64,000 nucleotides of DNA from an uncultured Candidatus Saccharibacteria bacterium (GTDB taxonomy: Bacteria; Patescibacteriota; Minisyncoccia; RBG-13-40-8-A), in contig OZ246412.1 of assembly GCA_965231075.1 (NCBI GenBank), positions 321,587 through 385,586 of the forward strand, given 5' to 3'. Below, piece after piece: positions 9,503 through 18,066 of this stretch (the stretch's first letter is position 1; the number at the start of each line of letters is the position of its first letter). A model generated the notes under the pieces. It made no database searches. It saw nothing but the letters and a program-made list of their open reading frames with translations, and had not been told where the DNA came from. Made by a program: the position numbers and the translations under genes.

Positions 9503-9759
9503 GATTCAGAAGTAGATTGGCCGAAACGGCCTGCCTACTTCTGATTGTATCAGAAAAACCATAAAAAATTCGATTCCTGACTAACTCACACAAACTACTG
9601 TAAATTACTTAAACATATTTAATTTATAGTGTACCTGTTTTTGATTAAAAAACAGAGCTCAATTTTTGAACATGGTTCCAAAACTAAACTCTGTTTTAAA
9701 GTACGTTTGTTGTTTTCGCTCTTTTACATAAAAATTATATTAATGATTATGTGCTTACA

Positions 9760-9788
9760 AATATATATCAGAAAAATTCACGTGTCAA
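9760..9788 (-). promoter_or_regulatory. 16S promoter
   Basis: TTGACA (overlaps trmD TGA)-17 nt-TATATT. Confidence 0.65.
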
Positions 9789-10405
9789 GGGTTTTTCCTC
9801 CACTCGTTTATTTTTTTGTGATCGCCGGATAAGAGGGTTTTTGGAACGGGCCATTTATTGAAAACTTCTGGTCTAGTGTAAACGGGATAACTGCCTTTGA
9901 TTTCTTCAAGTGATTCGTGTTTTCCTAAAACGCCAGGAATCAAACGACTGACTGCGTCCACAACGATCATCGCTGGAATTTCCCCGCCAGTTAAAACATA
10001 ATCACCAATCGAAACTTCTTCGTCAGCAATATGTTTTGCCACTCTTTCGTCGACTCCTTCGTATCGTCCACAAATCATAATTAAATTATCTAATTTTGAA
10101 AATCTTTTCGCCATCGCTTGATCAAACTTTTTCCCGCGAGTAGAGAAAAGAATTACCTTCGTCTTCGAACTTCGAACCTTCAACTTTTTAACCGCTTTAA
10201 AAATTGGCTCCAGCATCATAACCATTCCCGGCCCTCCACCATACGGCGTATCATCCACGGTCTTTCTTTTGTCGTCCGTAAAATCTCTCAAATTATGAAT
10301 TTTGATATTCACCAATTTCTTTTCCTGCGCACGCTTAATAATGCTCTCATTAAAATAGCTTTGAAATATATCCGGAAATATTGTTATTATATTGAACTTG
10401 ATCAT
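9785..10405 (-). CDS. trmD: tRNA (guanine-N1)-methyltransferase
   Basis: [36 protein letters not shown]. Confidence 0.97.
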   Translation of the reverse strand: MIKFNIITIFPDIFQSYFNESIIKRAQEKKLVNIKIHNLRDFTDDKRKTVDDTPYGGGPGMVMMLEPIFKAVKKLKVRSSKTKVILFSTRGKKFDQAMAKRFSKLDNLIMICGRYEGVDERVAKHIADEEVSIGDYVLTGGEIPAMIVVDAVSRLIPGVLGKHESLEEIKGSYPVYTRPEVFNKWPVPKTLLSGDHKKINEWRKNP

Positions 10406-10476
10406 ATTAATGTATCGGTCCCGCGGAGCGGGATCCCGCTTTGCGGGAGAAAAATTGTAATAATATTGAATTTCAT
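10402..10476 (-). other. 24-codon uORF or remnant duplicating the TrmD N-terminus
   Basis: [24 protein letters not shown]; TGA overlaps trmD ATG (ATGA). Confidence 0.55.
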
Positions 10477-10577
10477 AATCTTATGTCGCACCCCGCAATA
10501 GCGGGGTTGTTTTTCGCTTCGCTCAAAACAAAAACCGCACTAATTATATAGTAGCACGGTTTTCGACAAGTTTCTAT

Positions 10578-10895
10578 TTAAATCTTTAAATCGTCAACGA
10601 CGCTATCAACGTCTCTTCCTTTTGGTTCCACAACTCTGCGGCCACCTTCTGGTTCTTCGATTTTAAGATTGACACGAGCATTGTTCTTGGCACCAACTAT
10701 CCTCAATAAAGTTCGAATAGCTCTTGCAGTTGAACCTCCACGACCGATTAAAGCTCCCATATCTTCTGGGTTAACCTTTAAGGTCAAGAGTACGCCCATT
10801 TCATCAACATTTCTATCAATCTTTATGTCTTTGGGATTGTTAACAATTCCTTCGACTATTGATTCAAGAAATTCCTGATCTTTTGGTTTTGACAT
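10578..10895 (-). CDS. khpA: KH-domain RNA-binding protein
   Basis: VNPEDMGALIGRGGSTARAIRTLL; lies between rpsP and trmD. Confidence 0.88.
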   Translation of the reverse strand: MSKPKDQEFLESIVEGIVNNPKDIKIDRNVDEMGVLLTLKVNPEDMGALIGRGGSTARAIRTLLRIVGAKNNARVNLKIEEPEGGRRVVEPKGRDVDSVVDDLKI

Positions 10896-10992
10896 GTTCT
10901 TCAATGTTAAATGAATTACTTTCCTGCGACCTTTTACTTACTATATATGAATAATATTATTTTGATTTAAGGTTGTCAACTCTAACAATGGA

Positions 10993-11418
10993 TTATTTCC
11001 CGACGTTATCAGTCGGGACCCCGACCTCTTCGGGCGTCGGGGCTGTTTTTGTTTCCGTGTCAACAATTACTGGCTCTTCGGTTTTTGGTTCTTCTTTGGG
11101 AGTTTCGGCTATTGCTGTCGGTGCGACTGCTGGTTTTTCTGATTCCGCTTTCTTTTTCGGTTTCCACGCTTTCACTTTTGATTTATCAATAATTTTTTCA
11201 TCAACCAACATATTGTGTATGGTTTCTGAAAGTTGTGCGCCTTTGGAAATCCAATGTAAAATTCTTTCTTTATTAAAACTTTTTTGTTTTTGAACTTTAT
11301 TGTATGAACCTAATAATTCAAGAAATTTTCCTTGTGGTCTAAATGTGTGTTCAACCAAAACAACCCGGAAACTCGGGCTATTCTTTTTTCCAACTTTTTG
11401 TAATCGTATTTTTAACAT
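10993..11418 (-). CDS. rpsP: 30S ribosomal protein S16 with low-complexity C-terminal extension
   Basis: MLKIRLQKVGKKNSPSFRVV, ELLGSYN, WISKGAQLSETI. Confidence 0.93.
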   Translation of the reverse strand: MLKIRLQKVGKKNSPSFRVVLVEHTFRPQGKFLELLGSYNKVQKQKSFNKERILHWISKGAQLSETIHNMLVDEKIIDKSKVKAWKPKKKAESEKPAVAPTAIAETPKEEPKTEEPVIVDTETKTAPTPEEVGVPTDNVGK

Positions 11419-11477
11419 ATTAAAATCAATATAACAGATAATTAATTTTGTGACAAGTCCTACATATTCTCTAGCAA

Positions 11478-11588
11478 AAAATTTGTTTTCACTGAGACAA
11501 TTTCGGAAGCCCCGCCACGCGGGGCTGAGAATTAGCGCGCCTCTGACAATTTGCAGGGGCGACGCGTGTCGACATGGAAATAAATTTT
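11478..11588 (+). ncRNA. structured motif of unknown class, copy 1
   Basis: Homologous to 40193-40296 with compensatory changes in three stems; G-U pairs favour + strand. Confidence 0.7.
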
Positions 11589-11593
11589 GAGCG

Positions 11594-12292
11594 TTATTCC
11601 CAACACTTCTTTTTTAGCGCCTTTCTGGCTGCGTCTTCCTGTGCTGCTTGTTTTGAAGGACCCTCGCCCTCAGCAACCAAACTATCTTTTAGATAAACCC
11701 CGACAACAAATTTTTTGCAATGATCGGGGCCTTCTTCGTTTCTTACTTGATAACTCGGCGTAATTCCTACCTTCCCCTGGGCTTGTTCTTGGAAATAGCT
11801 TTTTGGATCAACGTAAAGCTTTTCATCTAAAACTCTTTTTAATTCACAAACAATATTTTTTAAAATAAATTCTTCGGCTTTGTCATATCCTCGATCTAAA
11901 TAAATTGCCCCGATTGTTGCTTCTAGTGTGTTGGCCAAAATAAATTGTCTGGCGCGACCATTGTCTTGTGATTCGCCCTTAGATAAAATTAGATATTCAT
12001 TAAATTCTAATTTTGAAGCAACCTCAGAAAGCATTTTTGAATTCACCAATGCTGCTCTCCAGGCAGTTAAATCCCCTTCCGGATTTTTGGGGTATTTATT
12101 AAACAGATAATTTGTCACTACTAATTCCATTACTGCATCACCCAAAAACTCTAATCTTTCGTTTTGCTCTAGTTTGCAACCCGGATTTTCATTTAAATAA
12201 GAGCGGTGCACGAATGCCTGCTCTAATAATTTCTTGTTCTTAAATTTTATTTTAAGATTCTTTTCTAATTTTTCAAAATCTTTATTTATCAT
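11594..12292 (-). CDS. rnc: ribonuclease III
   Basis: [11 protein letters not shown] signature, C-terminal dsRBD; start at ATG 12292 overlapping nusB end. Confidence 0.96.
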   Translation of the reverse strand: MINKDFEKLEKNLKIKFKNKKLLEQAFVHRSYLNENPGCKLEQNERLEFLGDAVMELVVTNYLFNKYPKNPEGDLTAWRAALVNSKMLSEVASKLEFNEYLILSKGESQDNGRARQFILANTLEATIGAIYLDRGYDKAEEFILKNIVCELKRVLDEKLYVDPKSYFQEQAQGKVGITPSYQVRNEEGPDHCKKFVVGVYLKDSLVAEGEGPSKQAAQEDAARKALKKKCWE

Positions 12293-12719
12293 TGGTTTTC
12301 TCCATTTCTCTAAAAATTGTTCCCAAAACGCCATTTACAAATCTGCCTGAACTTTCTCCGCCATAACCTTTGGCCAATTCAATTGCTTCATTAATTGCGA
12401 CTTTGGGTGGAACCTGTTGTTTGTCGCCAAATAATAATTCGTAAATTCCAATTCTTAAAACGTTTCTATCAACAATTGTAATTTGAGCTAACGGCCATTC
12501 TGGGGCTGATTTAATAATAATTTCATCAATCTGTGCTTGATGCTTTAAAACCCCGTGCGCTAGATCATTTATAAATGCTTCTTCGTTGACACCCGGACCA
12601 AACTCTTCGGCATTTCTTTTTAATGCTTCATCGATATTAATCTCTTTTTTGTCTTTATTAAAATCTATCTCGTAAAGAGACTGAAGAACTATTGACCTTG
12701 CTATGTGTCTTGATGACAT
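12282..12719 (-). CDS. nusB: transcription antitermination factor NusB
   Basis: [32 protein letters not shown]. Confidence 0.95.
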   Translation of the reverse strand: MSSRHIARSIVLQSLYEIDFNKDKKEINIDEALKRNAEEFGPGVNEEAFINDLAHGVLKHQAQIDEIIIKSAPEWPLAQITIVDRNVLRIGIYELLFGDKQQVPPKVAINEAIELAKGYGGESSGRFVNGVLGTIFREMEKTNDK

Positions 12720-12721
12720 AA

Positions 12722-13006
12722 TTACTTTTTAGACATCGTTTCTAAATCTAACGGTTTTGATTCTTTGGCTTCGTGTTCGTGTTCCTTTAACTCTTTCTCT
12801 TTCTTCTTTTTGTCTTTCTTTTCGAGTTTGGCTAGAACATTGATCACTTCTTTTCCGTCATAAAAACCGCAAAAAGCACAAACATGATGTGGTAGAACTG
12901 GTTCTCCACACTTTGAACAACTCGCCACAGTTCTCTTTTTTAGTTTAAGATGTGATCTGCGTCGGTTGCGTCTTGATTTTGTATGTCTTTGTCTTGGTAT
13001 TGGCAT
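12722..13006 (-). CDS. rpmF: 50S ribosomal protein L32 with C-terminal extension
   Basis: [24 protein letters not shown]...PHHVC..CGFY. Confidence 0.93.
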   Translation of the reverse strand: MPIPRQRHTKSRRNRRRSHLKLKKRTVASCSKCGEPVLPHHVCAFCGFYDGKEVINVLAKLEKKDKKKKEKELKEHEHEAKESKPLDLETMSKK

Positions 13007-13088
13007 ATTGGTTTTATAATATCAGAAAAAATAAATTAATGCAAATCGACATTTTGCCTATATCTATTTTTAGTGTTAAAATTATTGC

Positions 13089-16000
13089 ATGGAAGAAAAA
13101 TTTACTCACCTACATGTCCATACCCATTATTCTCTTTTAGATGGACTAGCAAAAATTGACGAATTAGTGGAAAAAGCCAAGGCGACCGGAATGGATTCCT
13201 TGGCTATTACTGACCATGGCGCAATGTATGGTGTGGTTGAGTTTTATAAAAAAGCCACTGCCGCTGGAATTAAGCCAATTATTGGCGTAGAAACCTATAT
13301 TACTCCCGGAAGTCGATTCGATAAAACCATGGGCAAAGGCGATGTCCGACATCATTTGATTTTATTGGCAAGAAATAAAACTGGTTATCACAATTTAATT
13401 AAATTAGTAACCAAGTCATATCTTGAGGGATTTTATTATAAACCACGCATTGATTGGGAAATTTTAAAAGAATATCACGAAGGATTAATTGCATTAAGTG
13501 CTTGCCCACAAGGCGAAGTACCTTCGGCACTAGCATCTGATGATTTAGCGAAAGCAAAAAAAATTGCATTAGAATATTCTAAACTTTTCGGCAAGGATCA
13601 TTTCTATTTGGAGATTATGGACCACCCCAATGATTTAGAACAAGTAAGAATTAATGAGAAATTAATTCAATTAGCCAAAGAAACTAGCTTGCCACTAGTT
13701 GCCACTAATGATGTCCATTATTTAAATAAAGAGGACGCTGAAGTGCACGATGTCTTATTGTGTGTACAAATGGTTAGAACTGTCGACGAAAAAGACAGGA
13801 TGTCTATGACCAATGAAGATTATTCTTTAAAATCGCCCGATGAAATGATTCGCGCATTTAGGAATGTTCCCGAGGCTATTGCCAATACTCAAAAAATTGC
13901 CGAAATGTGCAATATTGAATTAGAGCTTGACAAAACAGAACTCCCACATTTTCCTCTTCCTGACGACCAAACTGCTGACGGATATCTAAAAGAACTATGC
14001 GAACAAGGAGTTGTTAAAAGATATCCTGTTTCGTTGTTTAAATCTGACGAGGGCAAGCAATATATTGAACAAGCCAAAAAACAATTAGAATACGAATTAA
14101 GCATAATTAAAAAAACTGGCTTTGCTTCCTATTTTTTGATTGTGCAAGATCTTGTTAATTGGGCAAAAAATCAAGGTATTGTTGTCGGTCCGGGTCGAGG
14201 TTCGGCTGCCGGTTCAATTGTTTCATATCTTCTTAATATTACCAATGTTGATCCTTTAAAATATAAACTTCTTTTTGAAAGATTTTTGAACCCTGAAAGA
14301 ATTTCTATGCCTGATATTGATATGGACTTTGCCGATATTAGACGCGATGAAGTTGTTGCCTACGTAAGCAAAAAATATGGAGCTGATCATGTTGCTCAAA
14401 TTATAACCTTTGGAACTATGGCTGCACGCGCAGCTATTCGTGACGCCGGCAGAGCACTAGGATATCCCTATGCTTTTTGTGACCAACTTTCTAAAATGAT
14501 TCCTTTTGGCTCTTCACTAAAAGAAGCTCTCGAGAGAGTGCCTGAACTTTCACAAGCCTATGATACTGACGATCAAACCAAAAAATTGCTTGATATCGCC
14601 AAAAAACTTGAGGGCGTTGCCAGGCACGCCTCCACTCATGCTTGTGGAATTGTAATCACAAAAAATTCTCTTGATTTTTATACACCGCGCCAATTTGCTC
14701 CACAAGACGAAAATGCGATTGTCACTCAATATGAAATGCATTCTATTGAATCTTTGGGGCTTTTAAAAATGGACTTTCTGGGATTAAAGAACTTAACCAC
14801 TATTGAAACCGCCCTGAATTTAATTGAAAGATTGCGTGGAATTAAAATTAATATCGATAATATTCCACTCGATGATCAAAAAGTTTTTGATTTGTTTAAA
14901 AAAGCAAACACCGTGGGAGTGTTTCAACTTGAATCATCGGGCATGAGAAAGTATTTACAAAAATTAAAGCCCAACGACCTAGAAGACATTATCGCCATGG
15001 TTGCTCTGTATCGACCCGGCCCAATGGAGCTTATTCCTGATTATATTGCTAGAAAACATGGCGAAAAAAAAGTCAAATATGCTCATCCTAAGCTAGAACC
15101 AATTTTAAAGAATACTTACGGCATTACGGTTTATCAAGAACAGTTAATGCAAATTGCTAAAGATTTGGCTGGGTTTAGCTTGTCAGAAGCCGATGTTTTA
15201 AGAAAGGCCGTAGGAAAGAAAATCAGAAAATTGCTTGAACAACAGGCCGATAAAATGATTGAAGGAATGATTAAAAATGGAGTCGACAAAGAAACCGCTC
15301 AAGGAATTTGGGATTCCATTGAACCCTTTGCTCAATATGGATTTAATCGTTCACATGCAACTTGTTATGCCTTAATCGCCTATCAAACCGCTTACCTAAA
15401 AGCAAATTACCCCGAAGAATTTATTACGGCTCTAATGCAAGCAGATCAGAAAGATTTAGATAGAATTAATATTCTTGTTGACGAAGCCAAAAAAATGAAA
15501 ATTCAGGTTTTACCCCCGGACGTTAATGAAAGTTTTGACAATTTTACACTCGTCCCACCTTCATCTATCCGTTTTGGCATGGCCGCTGTAAAAAATGTTG
15601 GCCACAACGTTGTGGCGGGAATTGTTGCCGAAAGAAAACAAAACGGAGAATACAAAAACATGGCTGATTTTCTTATTCGTTTGTCCCCCAAAGCCGGACA
15701 ATCCGCCATTATTAATAAAAAGTCTTTAGAAAGCTTAATTCGTGCGGGTGCGTTTGATGCCCTAGGCTCAAGAAAAGAATTACTAGATAAGATCGAAGAT
15801 TTGTTAGAGTTTTCCAAGGAATCGAAAAAGACCAAAAATCTCGGACAAACTAGTTTGTTTGGCGAAGAACCTGCGCCACAAAAAAATCAATTTTTATTTA
15901 CTAACGGTAATGGCGAAAAAAGAAAACTACTCCAAGAAGAAATCCAGTGGGAAAAAGATCTTCTGGGAATGTATATTTCCGACCATCCCTTAAATGATCA

Positions 16001-16316
16001 TAAGGAGTTTTTAAGACAGCGCACAATTCAAATTAAAGACTTGATAAAAGAGAAAAAAGATAGTAAAGTGAAAGTTGCGGGAGTAATTATAAAAATTACT
16101 AAATTTATTACAAAGTCGGGCAAACCGATGTTGTTTGTGAAAATCGAGGATTTAACTGCAACCGTAGAAATATTGGTTTTCGCCACAATTTTAGAAAAAA
16201 ATCCCACGATTTGGCAAGAAGGAAAAATTGTTATGGTTACCGGTCGCTTAACCGACAAAGACGACCAATTAAAAATTCTCTGTGACGATGCAGAACAATT
16301 AATAAGTCAAAGATAA
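13089..16316 (+). CDS. dnaE: DNA polymerase III alpha subunit
   Basis: PHP HLHVHTHYSLLDG, GRGSAAGS, PDIDMD, KMDFLGL, C-terminal OB fold. Confidence 0.97.
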   Translation: MEEKFTHLHVHTHYSLLDGLAKIDELVEKAKATGMDSLAITDHGAMYGVVEFYKKATAAGIKPIIGVETYITPGSRFDKTMGKGDVRHHLILLARNKTGYHNLIKLVTKSYLEGFYYKPRIDWEILKEYHEGLIALSACPQGEVPSALASDDLAKAKKIALEYSKLFGKDHFYLEIMDHPNDLEQVRINEKLIQLAKETSLPLVATNDVHYLNKEDAEVHDVLLCVQMVRTVDEKDRMSMTNEDYSLKSPDEMIRAFRNVPEAIANTQKIAEMCNIELELDKTELPHFPLPDDQTADGYLKELCEQGVVKRYPVSLFKSDEGKQYIEQAKKQLEYELSIIKKTGFASYFLIVQDLVNWAKNQGIVVGPGRGSAAGSIVSYLLNITNVDPLKYKLLFERFLNPERISMPDIDMDFADIRRDEVVAYVSKKYGADHVAQIITFGTMAARAAIRDAGRALGYPYAFCDQLSKMIPFGSSLKEALERVPELSQAYDTDDQTKKLLDIAKKLEGVARHASTHACGIVITKNSLDFYTPRQFAPQDENAIVTQYEMHSIESLGLLKMDFLGLKNLTTIETALNLIERLRGIKINIDNIPLDDQKVFDLFKKANTVGVFQLESSGMRKYLQKLKPNDLEDIIAMVALYRPGPMELIPDYIARKHGEKKVKYAHPKLEPILKNTYGITVYQEQLMQIAKDLAGFSLSEADVLRKAVGKKIRKLLEQQADKMIEGMIKNGVDKETAQGIWDSIEPFAQYGFNRSHATCYALIAYQTAYLKANYPEEFITALMQADQKDLDRINILVDEAKKMKIQVLPPDVNESFDNFTLVPPSSIRFGMAAVKNVGHNVVAGIVAERKQNGEYKNMADFLIRLSPKAGQSAIINKKSLESLIRAGAFDALGSRKELLDKIEDLLEFSKESKKTKNLGQTSLFGEEPAPQKNQFLFTNGNGEKRKLLQEEIQWEKDLLGMYISDHPLNDHKEFLRQRTIQIKDLIKEKKDSKVKVAGVIIKITKFITKSGKPMLFVKIEDLTATVEILVFATILEKNPTIWQEGKIVMVTGRLTDKDDQLKILCDDAEQLISQR

Positions 16317-16320
16317 TTTT

Positions 16321-18066
16321 ATGGAAAAACAAATTGAATTAATCAGACATTCACTAAGCCATGTGATGGCGAGTGCAATAAAAGACATTTTTAAAGATGT
16401 TAAATTTGGCATTGGTCCGATAATCGAAAATGGTTTTTATTACGACTTAGATATTAAGCAATCAATCACTCCTGAAGATTTACCCAAGATTGAAGCTCGG
16501 ATGAAAGAAATAATCAAACAAAACATTGAATTTAAGAAAAGCTTAAAAACGAAAGCCGATGCAAACAAGGTTTTTAAAGACCAACCATATAAATTAGAAC
16601 TGATTAAGGAATTGAAGTCGGCAAAAGCAACAATTTATGTCTCTGGTGAATTTACAGATCTCTGTGCTGGCCCCCACGTCAAATCAACCAAAGAAATCGA
16701 CCCAGAAGCATTTAAGCTCACCAAAATCGCTGGAGCGTACTGGAAAGGTAGCGAAAAAAATAAAATGCTACAAAGAATTTATGGAGTCGCATTCGAATCA
16801 AAACAAGAATTAGAAAATTACCTCAAACAACAAGAAGAGGCAGAAAAACGAGATCATCGTAAGCTTGGTAAGGATTTGGATCTGTTTACCGTTGATGATT
16901 ATATTGGACCAGGGTTGGTGTTGTGGCACCCTAAACTTTCCGTGGTTAGAGAAGAAATTGAATTATACTGGAGAAAGCAACACCGAAAGAAAGGATATCA
17001 ATATGTTTATACTCCCCACGTTGGACTTTCAAATTTATGGGAAAAGTCGGGACACCTAGAAAATTTCAGCGGAATGATGTATCCTCCAATGCAGATGTCT
17101 TTAAAAGATAAAACTGAAAATGTGGCATATTACACTAAACCGATGAATTGTCCGTTTCATATTAGAATTTATAAGTCCAAACCACGAAGTTATAAAGAAT
17201 TACCAATTCGCTGGTGCGAACTTGGTAGCGTCTACAGATATGAAGAGTCCGGTGTTTTGCATGGCATGCTTAGGGTAAGGGGTTTCACACAAGATGATGC
17301 ACATATTATTTGTACCGAAGATCAATTTGTTGAGGAGGTAAACAAAATTTTTGATTTCGCAATCGAAATTAACAAGGCTTTCGGGTTTGATAAATTAAAT
17401 GTTTATCTTTCTGTTCGTGATCTTAAAAACAAGGAAGCAAAATACATTAAGAATGAGAAAATTTGGAAATTCGCCGAACAAACCCTAGAAGACATTCTCC
17501 AAAAAAGAAAAATTATATATCAAAAAGATATTGGCGGGGCAAAATTTTACGGTCCATCAATCGATTTAAAGGCAGTTGATTCTATGGGTCGTGAATGGCA
17601 AGGCACAACAATTCAATTGGACATGAACTTACCTACTCGTTTTGGAATGACTTATATTGGTCCGGATGGCAAAGAACACACTCCGATTATGCTTCACCGA
17701 ACATTGCTTGGCTCAATGGAAAGATTTGTTGGTACGCTGATTGAACATTATGCTGGAGCATTTCCGTTTTGGTTGGCACCGGTACAAATTACAATTTTAC
17801 CCGTCGGGAAAAACCATATAGATTTTGCCAAGAAAATTCAAAACAAGTTTCAAGAACATAGTTTTCGAGTTGAGGTTGATGATTCTGACGATACTGTGGG
17901 CAAAAAAATCCGTGAAGCCGAAATGCAAAAAATCCCCTACATTATTGTGGTCGGAGACAAAGAAATGAATTCTAGTGAATTGGCCGTTCGCTCTCGAGGC
18001 CAGAAAGACATTGAAACAATTAATATTGATGAGTTTATCGAAAAAATTAAAACAGAGTTGAAATGA
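16321..18066 (+). CDS. thrS: threonyl-tRNA synthetase
   Basis: DLCAGPHV, RDHRKLG, KPMNCP, RVRGFTQDDAH, GSMERF. Confidence 0.97.
   Translation: MEKQIELIRHSLSHVMASAIKDIFKDVKFGIGPIIENGFYYDLDIKQSITPEDLPKIEARMKEIIKQNIEFKKSLKTKADANKVFKDQPYKLELIKELKSAKATIYVSGEFTDLCAGPHVKSTKEIDPEAFKLTKIAGAYWKGSEKNKMLQRIYGVAFESKQELENYLKQQEEAEKRDHRKLGKDLDLFTVDDYIGPGLVLWHPKLSVVREEIELYWRKQHRKKGYQYVYTPHVGLSNLWEKSGHLENFSGMMYPPMQMSLKDKTENVAYYTKPMNCPFHIRIYKSKPRSYKELPIRWCELGSVYRYEESGVLHGMLRVRGFTQDDAHIICTEDQFVEEVNKIFDFAIEINKAFGFDKLNVYLSVRDLKNKEAKYIKNEKIWKFAEQTLEDILQKRKIIYQKDIGGAKFYGPSIDLKAVDSMGREWQGTTIQLDMNLPTRFGMTYIGPDGKEHTPIMLHRTLLGSMERFVGTLIEHYAGAFPFWLAPVQITILPVGKNHIDFAKKIQNKFQEHSFRVEVDDSDDTVGKKIREAEMQKIPYIIVVGDKEMNSSELAVRSRGQKDIETINIDEFIEKIKTELK

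Noticed and set aside
10920-10935. AAAGGTCG in the khpA leader could pair with the 16S h26 loop TATCGACC as an alternative SD
   Set aside because: Only one native upstream instance in this window, and that loop sequence also occurs in SD-using bacteria; needs genome-wide counts
9785-11418. rimM missing from rpsP-khpA-trmD and no rplS after trmD
   Set aside because: Consistent with known gene reduction in CPR; cannot judge genome-wide absence from one window
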